A DNA stretch of 63,480 bases, the filler included, from an uncultured Methanosarcinales archaeon (GTDB lineage: Archaea > Nanobdellota > Nanobdellia > Woesearchaeales > CAZKBD01), in assembly GCA_964550945.1 (NCBI GenBank). It is 6 parts of 6 records of this genome, joined end to end, with 100 filler letters (N's around TTAATTAATTAA, not from the genome) between each part and the next. Parts side by side here need not be neighbours in the genome. Positions count along the whole stretch, not along the records: positions 11,448 to 22,565 come from CAZKBD010000061.1; positions 22,666 to 33,776 come from CAZKBD010000062.1; 4 more parts are not named here. The stretch is one strand, 5' to 3'. A program made the position numbers and the translations under genes. Of the stretch, positions 20,269 to 30,700 are shown piece by piece. Positions within the stretch are counted from its first letter, which is position 1; each line of letters opens with the position of its first letter. Under the pieces are notes generated by a model, which saw nothing but the letters and a program-made list of their open reading frames with translations, ran no database searches and was not told where the DNA came from.

Positions 20269-20898
20269 ATGGCTTTTTTAAAGGATTTTATCAATAAAGT
20301 TCTTAGGAATATATTCAGGAAGAAAAAGAATATCAAGCTTGGACTATATGGCCCTCCAAACGGTGGAAAAACAACTCTAGCAAACAGGATCTGCCAGGAC
20401 TGGCTTGGCGAAGATATGGGCAAGGTAAGCAATATTGCTCATGAAACAAGGGAAATCCAGATTAAGGAGCAGATAACCATAAAATCAAAAGGCAAAGAGC
20501 TTTCTTTCAGTCTTGTTGACACACCAGGAATAGCCACAAAAATAGATTACGAAGACTTCATAAAATCAGGAATGAAAGAAAAAGAGGCAAAGAAGAGAGC
20601 AAAAGAAGCAACTAAGGGAGTTATAGATTCTATTAAATGGCTTGATGATATGGACACAGTTATAGTTGTTTTAGATTCCACAAAAGACCCGTATAGCCAG
20701 GTAAACATCACGATAATCGGAAATCTGGCTGCTCGTAATATACCTGTTTTGATTGTTGCTAATAAGACAGACCTGAAAAAAGGGGACATCAAAAAGATTC
20801 AAGCAGCATTCCCGCAATATAGCATTATTGGTATTTCAGCAAAATACGGCAATAATGTGGATGAATTTTATGAAGCTTTATTTGCGATAGCTGGCTAA
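20269..20898 (+). CDS. oapA: Era-like GTP-binding protein OapA
   Basis: GPPNGGKTTLANRI..DW, HETR, DTPG, DPYSQVN, NKTD; first gene of a three-gene operon. Confidence 0.88.
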   Translation: MAFLKDFINKVLRNIFRKKKNIKLGLYGPPNGGKTTLANRICQDWLGEDMGKVSNIAHETREIQIKEQITIKSKGKELSFSLVDTPGIATKIDYEDFIKSGMKEKEAKKRAKEATKGVIDSIKWLDDMDTVIVVLDSTKDPYSQVNITIIGNLAARNIPVLIVANKTDLKKGDIKKIQAAFPQYSIIGISAKYGNNVDEFYEALFAIAG

Positions 20899-20913
20899 AA
20901 AGAGGTTAAAAAG

Positions 20914-21327
20914 ATGCTAACACTGCAGTTTGTGCCTTATACTGAAATTGAGAATTTGGGTTCAGCAAGAAGAGTCAAAAGACTTCTGGATTTAGTCAAA
21001 GACGACAAGATAGTTTTGCTTGAAGGCAGGCTTAAAAAAGAAGAGGAAACAGACCTGATTGAGATAACAATGGAAGAGATTGATGAAAAATTTAAGGGTA
21101 TAGAGCTTGCAGTTATCAATCCAGACAATAAAGAAGGCCCATTCTTTAGCAATATAAAGAGAGGGGTTTTAAGCATGCTTTTAGGCAACAGGATAGGATT
21201 CACAATAATAGGCCCGGCTACTGTTGTAAAGCAGATAAAAAAAGACCCTGACAAAATACAATTATACACCCAGGATAATAATAAGAGCAAAAAAAAGAAA
21301 AAAAATAATAACAATCATAAAAGGTAA
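20914..21327 (+). CDS. oapB: DUF2073 protein OapB
   Basis: IVLLEGRL..EEE..LIE.TM.EI...F.GIE...G.TIIGPA. Confidence 0.85.
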   Translation: MLTLQFVPYTEIENLGSARRVKRLLDLVKDDKIVLLEGRLKKEEETDLIEITMEEIDEKFKGIELAVINPDNKEGPFFSNIKRGVLSMLLGNRIGFTIIGPATVVKQIKKDPDKIQLYTQDNNKSKKKKKNNNNHKR

Positions 21328-21386
21328 AACTTTTCGAACACTATGCATTCGTAAAGGTTTAAACAAACAGGAGGTTTTTTAAAACA

Positions 21387-21767
21387 ATGCCCCATCAATG
21401 CGTCAGATGCAATACATTCTATGATGATGGCGCTACAGAGATTCTTAAAGGCTGCAAATGCGGTGCAAAATTATTCTTTTTTATAAAAAAAGAGAAATTA
21501 GAAGAAGCTAAAAAAGTCACAGAAAGCATCCATTTATCGCAAGAGGACAAAGAGCAGATCGAAAAAGATGTTTTTGACTTGGTTGGCTCAGAGATAGATA
21601 GGGATGAGCCAGTGGTTCTTGACATAGAAAGCATTCGAATTCTTCAGCCAGGAAAATACGAGCTGGATTTAGTCCATTTATTCAAAGGCGAGCCTTTGAT
21701 CTTTAAGTTAGATGAAGGAAAATACATGATTGACTTGGCTAAGAGCTTTAAGCAGTTGAAAAAATAA
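21387..21767 (+). CDS. oapC: Zn-ribbon protein OapC (DUF2072)
   Basis: MPHQCVRC...ILKGCKCG, ESIRI..PGKYELD, EGKY.I. Confidence 0.88.
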   Translation: MPHQCVRCNTFYDDGATEILKGCKCGAKLFFFIKKEKLEEAKKVTESIHLSQEDKEQIEKDVFDLVGSEIDRDEPVVLDIESIRILQPGKYELDLVHLFKGEPLIFKLDEGKYMIDLAKSFKQLKK

Positions 21768-21802
21768 AAAACATTATAAACTCTTATTCTAAATAGTGAA
21801 CT

Positions 21803-22565
21803 ATGGCAAACTCCGAAATAACCGGTATATTCTTCAAAATAGCAGACATTTTAGAGCTCCAGGATGTACAATGGAAGCCTCAGGCATACAGGAAAGCTGC
21901 CCAATCCATCTCCAGCTTAAGTAAAGATGTAAACGATATCTACAAAAAAGGCGGCATTAAGGCATTAGAAGAAATCCCTGGTGTTGGTGTAGGCTTAGCG
22001 AAAAAAATCATCCAATTCATCGAACAAGGAAAAATAAATGAATATGAAAGATTAAAAAAAGAGCTTCCAAAAGGGCTTGAAGAGATAATGCAGATACCTG
22101 GAATGGGTCCAAAGAGGGCAAAGCTGTTATACAAAAAACTGGGAATAACATCGGTAGATGAGCTAAAAAAAGCAGCCCAGGAGCATAAAATAAAAAATAT
22201 CCCTACCTTCAAGGAAAAAAGCGAAGAAAACATCCTTAAATCAATTGAGCTTGGAAAAAAAGACCAAAGAAAGCCACTTAATCTAGTCCTGCCGATAGCA
22301 GAAGAAATAGAAAAAAGCATAAGGCAATTAAAAGAAGTGGACCAAGTTGTGACAGCAGGTTCAGTCAGAAGAAAAAAAGATACTGTCCATGATGTGGATA
22401 TGCTGGTAACAACCAAAAACCCTGAAAAAGTAGCGGATTATTTTACAAAACTTCCTGTTGTAAAAAGAGTCCTTGCAAAAGGAAAGACTAGGTCATCAAT
22501 AATAACAAAGCAAGGCATACAAGTTGATCTAAGAGTAGTTGAAAAAGCGCGCTTTGGGTCAGCTC
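21803..22565 (+). CDS. polX: family X DNA polymerase, 3'-truncated by the contig end
   Basis: AYRKAA, HhH IPGVG and IPGMGPK, AGSVRR, DVDML, QVDLRVV. Confidence 0.92.
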
Positions 22566-22665
22566 NNNNNNNNNNNNNNNNNNNNNNNNNNNNNNNNNNN
22601 NNNNNNNNNTTAATTAATTAANNNNNNNNNNNNNNNNNNNNNNNNNNNNNNNNNNNNNNNNNNNN
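22566..22665. other. artificial contig spacer
   Basis: N44-TTAATTAATTAA-N44. Confidence 0.98.
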
Positions 22666-23090
22666 TATTTCATGAAACTACTAGTATATAAATGTTAGCA
22701 ATTATCAACCGCGTCTACTAGAAGAATTCAAAAAGCACCTAAACAAATGCAGCAATGTTAATCCTTTTTTTGACAAGTGCAAAAGAATTTTGGATAGGGA
22801 TTATTTTTATTCTTTGCCTAAAAAGCTTATTACCAACCAGAGATTTGATTTGATGCAATACAAGGCAATATCCAAAAAGGTTGATGAGATAAAGAAAATA
22901 TGTTGATTTCACCTTTTGTACAGGACAAAGGACAACAGTTATAAATACATAATTTACTGTGTTATAACAATCAAATTCTTCATTTTTGTTCACAATAATA
23001 CTTATATATAAACTGCCTTTCATTCATTGAAAAAGAGTAGCAAACTCTTTTAGTTATCGTATAAAAGTAAAAATAATTTGGGGGATTAAA

Positions 23091-24209
23091 ATGAAAAAGT
23101 TGTTTAGTGCTGTATTTGTTATATGTACATTCTCTTTGTTTGGAGCTTTTGTTAGCAGTTTAGGCGGCTCTATAGATAGCGGAGGACTGATGAACCTTAC
23201 GATAGCACCTGGCCAGCATCCGCCTTTAGTGTTTGTTGATTTTGCTTCCACATTATGGTTGAACAGCACTCCGACGTCAAACACAGCAGGGATTTATGGG
23301 ATTGCAAGGACAAATGTTCATGGAGATACAAGCGTGGATATACCTCAGAGATATAATTACGCATTCGAAGGAGAAATATTCAGGTATTATATTGTAGTAG
23401 AAGATGGTGATGGCATAGCGGATATAAGTTCGGTTAATAAACTAATCTTAAAAAGCGCTAATGAGACAGGCGCCGGCGCATGCGCACCAGTTGCAGACTT
23501 TTTGGACTTCACTGGTTTTGGCATAGTAGACTATCATGGAGATCCTTTAGCTTATGATAATGCCACTATGGGCTCATATATATGCGAGCTTATTATTGCA
23601 CCTTCATGGACAGGCCAATACGAAGTTTTTGTCAGGGCTACTGATCAAACCGGATTGACTGGAGATAGCAATATGATACACAGCATATACCTTAATCCAA
23701 CTATAGAGTTGACTCTTGACGGCTCAATAAATTTTGGCAGTGTTAAGCAAGGCACAACTTCAATATCCAACAGCGTTTACATAAGGAATGATGCAGCGCC
23801 TGAAGAGTCTGCGGTGGTTCTGGATATGTACATATCATCTGATAATTTTTTTACAGACCCAATAAATGCAAGCGCAACATGCGGCACATCTACAGGAATT
23901 CCACATACTTCATTTGGTTATTATGCGACAAAAGGCTATCTAAATTCAGGAGGCAATGACAACGGCTTTCCTGGCGTAGGAAATTATTCAACCGATGTTT
24001 GTGTAGCAGGGCTGGATGGATTTACGAATATGACTGTTGAATCTCTGCCTAGCGTATCTAATATGTGCAGGATTATCAATTCAGGATTTGAAGACTCGCT
24101 GCTGACGCAAGATTCGGAAATGTCGCTTACTTTCCAGCTGGATGTGCCAACGCCTTGTGAAGGCACTTTTACTGATGGCAAATTTTATTTTGTTGGAGAA
24201 GTGGTCTGA
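23091..24209 (+). CDS. secreted/cell-surface protein
   Basis: Signal peptide, beta-rich S/T/G/N composition, paired Cys. Confidence 0.78.
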   Translation: MKKLFSAVFVICTFSLFGAFVSSLGGSIDSGGLMNLTIAPGQHPPLVFVDFASTLWLNSTPTSNTAGIYGIARTNVHGDTSVDIPQRYNYAFEGEIFRYYIVVEDGDGIADISSVNKLILKSANETGAGACAPVADFLDFTGFGIVDYHGDPLAYDNATMGSYICELIIAPSWTGQYEVFVRATDQTGLTGDSNMIHSIYLNPTIELTLDGSINFGSVKQGTTSISNSVYIRNDAAPEESAVVLDMYISSDNFFTDPINASATCGTSTGIPHTSFGYYATKGYLNSGGNDNGFPGVGNYSTDVCVAGLDGFTNMTVESLPSVSNMCRIINSGFEDSLLTQDSEMSLTFQLDVPTPCEGTFTDGKFYFVGEVV

Positions 24210-24259
24210 TTCGTCCATAAGTTGGGGTGAAAATTTCATTTAAAAAGATATATGTGATG

Positions 24260-24286
24260 AAAATAGCTAATCAAATTAGCTATTTT
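24260..24286. promoter_or_regulatory. 12-bp inverted repeat (operator or terminator candidate)
   Basis: AAAATAGCTAAT-CAA-ATTAGCTATTTT in the intergenic region. Confidence 0.35.
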
Positions 24287-24392
24287 ATACTACAATAATA
24301 CATTTAAATTAAAACAGGCTAACTTTCATTTTTAGCTAGTAACAAGTCAGTTTTAGCATTAAAAGGTAAAAAACATTTGGGGGGCATGAACT

Positions 24393-25061
24393 TTGAAAAA
24401 AATAGTTTGGTATTTGGTATATCTAATGATAGTCCTATTAGCCACAGCATCTGTAACTGCTTTAGTGGCATCTATAGACAAGCCTAAGATGGTTCTATAC
24501 AAAAACGTGACTCCGGAGAAACCTTTAGTTTTCACAGAAAGCGTTATAGTGAACAATAACAATAAATATGATGTGAAGATAAGATTAGAGCCAATCGGAG
24601 ATTTGAAAGATATGGCTGAAATTAAAGATGTTGAGTTTATCATGAAGCCTGATGAAAGGAAAGAGGTTTTTTATGACGTCACAATAACCAAGCCAGGAAA
24701 TTATAAAGGAGATATACTTGTGAAATTTTCTCAGCTGGATGCAAATGTTGGCGCAGCTTTAGCCCAGACATTAGTAATCATCGTAAAGGGCAATGGAGAT
24801 TTTGACGCTCTTGAGGCAGAAGAGCAGCAAGATCAACTAACGCCTGAATCAAACGAATCAGCAGAGCCAGAAGCAGAGGAAACGCAAATAATAGAACAAG
24901 AAGCTGAAGAAGATGGATTAGGAGACCCTGCCGAAGGTTCTGAAGGCGATAAATCAGAAAGAGGGCCAAAACTATTAACCGGCATTTTGATAATATTGGG
25001 CATTATTTTAGCGGGTGTTCTTGTGTATACCCTAATATTTATACGAGGTGGAAAAAAATGA
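24393..25061 (+). CDS. membrane-anchored Ig-like surface protein
   Basis: Signal peptide, one beta-sandwich-sized domain, acidic linker, C-terminal TM helix. Confidence 0.75.
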   Translation: MKKIVWYLVYLMIVLLATASVTALVASIDKPKMVLYKNVTPEKPLVFTESVIVNNNNKYDVKIRLEPIGDLKDMAEIKDVEFIMKPDERKEVFYDVTITKPGNYKGDILVKFSQLDANVGAALAQTLVIIVKGNGDFDALEAEEQQDQLTPESNESAEPEAEETQIIEQEAEEDGLGDPAEGSEGDKSERGPKLLTGILIILGIILAGVLVYTLIFIRGGKK

Positions 25062-26611
25062 AATTCTTTGTAGCAGGCATGGTGTTTATCTTACTTTTTG
25101 CAGCTTTTGTTGATGCAACAGATGTAGCTTACATAGTAAATGACGGCTCATCGTTGAATAGCGAGTTTATATCAACTTTAGGAGAGCTTGGCCTAAGTTA
25201 TACTGTAATAAGGAACACAGAAGTCAGCAATTATGATTTTTCTGAGTTTAAGATGATATTGTTGAATAATGAGGATTTTCCTAATCCAGAGGAGATTCCG
25301 GTAAATGATTACCCGGCAGTCCTTGTTGACGGAAAGAACATGGATGCATGGGGGTGGACTCAGGAAGTCTCAAAATCAAAGCAGAATGTGCCATTCCATA
25401 TAGATCTTGTTGACCTAAACCACACAATCACTAATGGATTCACTGAAACTGATGTTCAAGTTTATACAAGCAAAAATGCTGAGCTGTTCTACATGAATCA
25501 ATATAACATCTACAGCGGAATTACTATAGTAGGATCCAGAAAAGACAGGCCAACTGATGTTGTGATTGGAACGGTTCCTGCTGGAACTGTCCTGAGCAAA
25601 GACGGGCAGACCACATTAGTCAACGCTAATACAGTATTTTTCGGCATATCTGATACGAGCTACTGGACAGATGAAACAAGACAACTGTTTAAGAATTCTA
25701 TAGCGTGGATTATAGATGGAGACGGAGACGGGTATATTGGCGCAGAGGATTGCGATGAAACAAACCCAAATGTCAATTCAGGGCAAATTGAAATACAATA
25801 TGATGGCATAGACAATGACTGCAACCCAGCAACAGTAGATGATCCGGTTCCTCCTGTATTCACTATAAACCCTTATACAGATCCAGCATTGCCATCTCAG
25901 GGAGTAGACATAACGGTCTATATACAAATAGATGAGCCATTTGCTGATACTGTTCTGTTAAGATATACGGTTAACGGCGGAATAGAGATAGTAGAAGAGA
26001 TGGAAGATTCAGGAAATGGGTTATTTGGCGCAAATATCGGAAGCTATACTGAAGGAGATGTTATCAGTTATTACATATGGGCTAATGATACATCAGGGAA
26101 CGAGGCTCAGACAGATGTTTTCGGATTTACTGTTGCAGCTGAGGTTATTGAATTTGATCTTCAATTGGCTGAGGGGTATAACCTAATATCTATCCCTCTT
26201 TTAGTTGGAACAACAAACGCAAATGACATATTCAGCTCACATATAAGCCAAGTTAAAACTTATAGCGGCGGCTCTATGGCTGTTACTTCAACTGTCGTGA
26301 ATAATCAAGGGTATTTTGTCTATTCAGATTCAGTGCATACAGAAACAATTGAGGGCATTGAAGCAATAGGGCAGCAATCTGTGGCTTTATCAGAGGGCCT
26401 TAATCTAATAGGTATAACTTCTGGATCAAATATAGAGCTCACTGATCTGCCAGCAGAAGTGATAGAGGTTTCCAAAAGAAATTCAGATGGCAGCTATACA
26501 ATTGCAACTTATTATGATGGTTATGGATGGTTTAATCCATTTGAACTAGAGCCAGGCAAAGGCTATTGGTTCAAAGCAGATAGCGCTGCAACTTGGATCT
26601 ACAATCCATGA
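25058..26611 (+). CDS. secreted protein with MopE-related putative metal-binding motif
   Basis: Signal peptide; DGDGDGY..EDCDETNP...DGIDNDC; C-terminal GYNLISIP / EPGKGYW repeats. Confidence 0.78.
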   Translation: MKFFVAGMVFILLFAAFVDATDVAYIVNDGSSLNSEFISTLGELGLSYTVIRNTEVSNYDFSEFKMILLNNEDFPNPEEIPVNDYPAVLVDGKNMDAWGWTQEVSKSKQNVPFHIDLVDLNHTITNGFTETDVQVYTSKNAELFYMNQYNIYSGITIVGSRKDRPTDVVIGTVPAGTVLSKDGQTTLVNANTVFFGISDTSYWTDETRQLFKNSIAWIIDGDGDGYIGAEDCDETNPNVNSGQIEIQYDGIDNDCNPATVDDPVPPVFTINPYTDPALPSQGVDITVYIQIDEPFADTVLLRYTVNGGIEIVEEMEDSGNGLFGANIGSYTEGDVISYYIWANDTSGNEAQTDVFGFTVAAEVIEFDLQLAEGYNLISIPLLVGTTNANDIFSSHISQVKTYSGGSMAVTSTVVNNQGYFVYSDSVHTETIEGIEAIGQQSVALSEGLNLIGITSGSNIELTDLPAEVIEVSKRNSDGSYTIATYYDGYGWFNPFELEPGKGYWFKADSAATWIYNP

Positions 26612-26621
26612 ATGAACATGA

Positions 26622-27773
26622 ATGAAAATGAAAAAATTAGTTTGGGGGTTGATGGTAATCATGATGATGCCGGTTGTATTTGGCGGGAATATTAAGTTGT
26701 TTCCTATAGCAGATGTCTACATAGATAGCTCTAGCCCAAGCACTAACCTAAACAATGGCAATCTAAGGGCAGGCTATGATGACAACCATGGAAAGCACAG
26801 GAGCTATCTGAGGTTTGACCTTTCTTCATTAGACTCTTATGCAGTTACAGGAGCAAATTTTAATGTAGATGCAATTGGCGGTGAAGGAAGCTTGACAGTC
26901 AATCTGCATTATGTCACCAATGATGGCTGGGCTGAATCCAGCACCACATGGAATAACAAGCCATCACATGGCCAAATAGTTGATAGTGTAAGTATGACTG
27001 GCGGTACATTTGGATGGCAGGTATTTGATGTAGGTTCAATAATCAATGAGCCTGACAATACATTATCAATTGCGCTAGTTAGCGCAGAGGAAGAAACAAC
27101 AAGGAAATATGTCGGATTTTATTCAAGAGATAATGATTATCCACTAAGGCCTTATTTGAATGTTACTGTAATGGAAGATGTCCAGAATATAATTATCAAT
27201 GAATTCATGCCTTATCCAAACACAGGGGATAGTGAATGGATCGAGGTCTATAATCCTGGCACTGCAGCTTATGACACATCTGGATGCGTAATAAGGAATA
27301 AGCTTGAAGGAGTTATAGCAGAACTGAATGGAGCGATTCCTGCAGGTGGATTTGCAGCATATGATATCAACTCATTTGATGAGTTAAGAAATAGCGCATA
27401 CATGATGAAACTAGAGTGTTTTGGCCTGGTTGTTGACCAAGTTGTCTATGGCCCAACATCTACATGGGATACTGACGGAAATTCTGCTAACAATGCTCCT
27501 GTTGGCGATCAAGGCGAGTCTGTAGGAAGGAGCCCTAATGGCCGCGATACAAATGCAGACAATAATGATTTTGCAGTGTTCTCAACACCCACTAAAGGAA
27601 CTAGCAATGTGGCAAGCTGCAATACAGATGCTGATGCTAATTGCGATGGTTGCGTTAGCTTAGTTGAGATAGTGGGTTTAATGCTAGACTACAAGACAGG
27701 CGGAACAAGCCTTAGCTTGCTTGAAATGGTAAACTTAATGTTAAGATACAAAGGAGGGGAAATCTCATGTTAA
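26622..27773 (+). CDS. secreted DNRLRE (CBM96-like) + lamin-tail + dockerin-like protein
   Basis: ADVYI...RSYLRFDLS...TTWNN.P; IINEFMP..SEWIEVYN; C-terminal DADANCDGCVSLVE. Confidence 0.78.
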   Translation: MKMKKLVWGLMVIMMMPVVFGGNIKLFPIADVYIDSSSPSTNLNNGNLRAGYDDNHGKHRSYLRFDLSSLDSYAVTGANFNVDAIGGEGSLTVNLHYVTNDGWAESSTTWNNKPSHGQIVDSVSMTGGTFGWQVFDVGSIINEPDNTLSIALVSAEEETTRKYVGFYSRDNDYPLRPYLNVTVMEDVQNIIINEFMPYPNTGDSEWIEVYNPGTAAYDTSGCVIRNKLEGVIAELNGAIPAGGFAAYDINSFDELRNSAYMMKLECFGLVVDQVVYGPTSTWDTDGNSANNAPVGDQGESVGRSPNGRDTNADNNDFAVFSTPTKGTSNVASCNTDADANCDGCVSLVEIVGLMLDYKTGGTSLSLLEMVNLMLRYKGGEISC

Positions 27774-30700
27774 GAAAAATATTTGTGTTGATTTTGGTAG
27801 TTGCGTTATTGGCTAGCAGCGTGTCTGCTCTGTCAGCAACAAGAAGCTTTTCAGACAACAGTGCTGATCCCTCTCAAATTTTAGAGGTATCTATAAGCGT
27901 TGATGGAAGTGGAGCAACAGTCTATGGGGTTGATGAGTATGTGCCAGCTGGCTGGACAGTATCTGGGATAAGCGATACAGGAAGCCTTGTTGGAAATAAG
28001 GTATCATGGTTATTTTTGGATAACACTAATAGGGTTTTGAAATACAATGCGACTGCTCCAGTTTCAAGCGGCCCTTACCTATTTGCAGGCAATTATACTG
28101 ACGGCGTTAGCTTATTCCCTATTACAGGAGATAACACAGTTGCAGTTGCAATTGCTTCTTCCCCAACAATAAAGGTAAATGAATTTGAATCAAATCCCTC
28201 TTTAGGAAATGAATGGATTGAATTATACAATCCAAATGCTTTTGCAGTAAATATAACTGGATGGAAGCTTTATGATGGATTAACAACTCCAAGTTTGATT
28301 TATACAATTTCAGAAACAATTATACCCAGCCACGGGTATTATGTTGCTGAATTAAGCTCTTCTAAATTAAATAATGGTGATGAGTTTGTAACCTTGAAAG
28401 ACCCAAGTGATGCACAGGTTGACCAAACACCAACAAAAGCAGATAGTGCAGGAGATGACAGAACATGGCAGCGAGTTCCTGATGGAACAGATAACTGGGT
28501 TTTCACAACACAAACAAGGGATGCAACAAACGGAGCAGCAGCTGATACAACAGCTCCAACCATATCTAACATCAATGTTGCCCCTTCTGGCAACTCTGCA
28601 ACTGTTAGCTGGGCTACAGACGAATCTTCTAATTCAACAGTCTATTATGGAGAAACATTGAGCTTAGGCAGCGAGAGATCAAGCAGCTCTTCTGTCACAT
28701 TACATTCAGTTAGTTTGACTGGCCTTGATGCAAGCACATCGTATTACTACAAAGTTAAGTCTTGCGATTCAAGCGGCAATTGCGCAGAATCAAGCACCAG
28801 TAATTTCATGACCCCTATAACTACAAGCTGCATTGATGATCTGATGCCTAATTATGTTAGAGGAAAGATAATTATAGCTGGAATAGATGCTCCTGCTGAT
28901 ACACCTTACATAATAACAGTAACAAGCGGCGCAAACTCAGGATATGTTTACAACACAGGAGAAGTTGATGACAGCAAAGTACCTAACTTCTTATATGGAA
29001 ACGGGTATTTTGATACAGCAGACAATATATGCTTCTCAACAGGCGCTACATTTACATTAACTGTTCCAGGCCATAGCGGCTCAATAACAGGAACTTTTGA
29101 GAATGGAGGAAATGGAGACTTCAACGATGCAATAAACTTGCCAACAGAAGACTTTACCCCAATACCCCAGCATGCACCAACAATAAATACCTTTTCACCA
29201 ACTGATTTAACTCCTGACATTGCTGAGAATGGCATGTTATCGTTTAGCCATACTGCAGGTGATATTGATGGAGATACATTGAGCTACCAATATAAGCTTG
29301 ATTCAGTTGTTGTTGCTAGCGGATCAGGCAATTCTGGAGTCTATAACTACAACCCAGATTACTTGGCAGCAGGAACTCATGATATGGATCTGGTTGTAGA
29401 GGATCCTACTCATAGGACAGCGACAAAGCAATGGGATGTTACTGTTACAAATGTAAACAGGAATCCAACTATAACCTCAATACCTTCAGCAGACGCAACC
29501 GAAGATACTCAATATACTTATACCCTGGTTGCTACTGATACCGATACAGATGATATATTAACATATTCTGTCAATAGTACGAGGTTCACGCAAAATGGAA
29601 ACCAGTTTAGGTGGACTCCAGACCAGGAAGAGGTAGGTGAACATAGCTTTAAATTTAGAGTACAAGACGATAAGAGCGGTTATGATGAGCAGGTTGCTGT
29701 CATAACTGTCTCTAACGTTGATGATGCAGCTGTATGGCAGGTTTTATCCAGTAAACAGATAAATGAAGACAGCCCAGATGGAACTGTTGTTTATGAAGAC
29801 CTTTTGCTGAAATGCAGCGATGTAGACAGCTCAATAAGCATGTCAGTAAACTCAACACCTACACATTATGATCTAGTGTTTAGTGGAGATAACTTAATAA
29901 TAAATAATCTAGAAGCTGATTGGGCAGGAACAGAAACCGTTAATCTAGATTGCAATGGTGTTGCAAAATCTTTTGCTCTTACTGTAAATGAAGTTAATGA
30001 TGCTGCTGTATGGAGCACATTAGATGATAAGACAGTTGGAGAAGACAGCCCAGATGGAACAACTGTTTATAGCAATTTAAAGCCATTGTGCAATGACCCG
30101 GATGATGCGGAAAACGTGACAGTACTTGGGCCTGGAGCGCATTACAGGCTTTATTTTGGCGGCAATGACCTGAAAATTGAGAGCATGGAGCCTAATTTTA
30201 ATGATGGCGAAGAGACTGTAACGCTTGACTGCAACGGAATCCACGGAACATTTAGCCTAACAGTAACACCTACAAATGACGCTCCAATAATCAACAGCTA
30301 TTATCCAACTATCAATCCAATAATCGCAGAAGATGGAAGCGAGGAGTTTGGCATAACTTATGGGGATATTGATGCTGGAGATGCCCATACACTGACATGG
30401 ACAGTTGATGGAGCAGTAAAAGGGCATGGAGCTAATTTCATCTATAATGGAAGCAATTTTGTCGGCAGATACACCAAGGATGTTTTAATAGAAGTCAGCG
30501 ATTCTAGCGCGGCAGCAAGCCATAGCTGGATCTTGACAGAGACAAGCTGCCCAATTGCTGATACCTTTACAACAACACCTTCAGATTTGTGCTCACTGAC
30601 TGAATGGGAGCTTGCAAGCGTTTTCCCATTAATAATTGAAAACGCATACGGAAGGATAGAATGGCTAGAGCCTGTTGACTTAAGGAATGTGGTTGATTTG

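Noticed and set aside
22739..23023. 94-aa minus-strand ORF
   Set aside because: No motifs, atypical composition, lies in an upstream regulatory region; probably spurious
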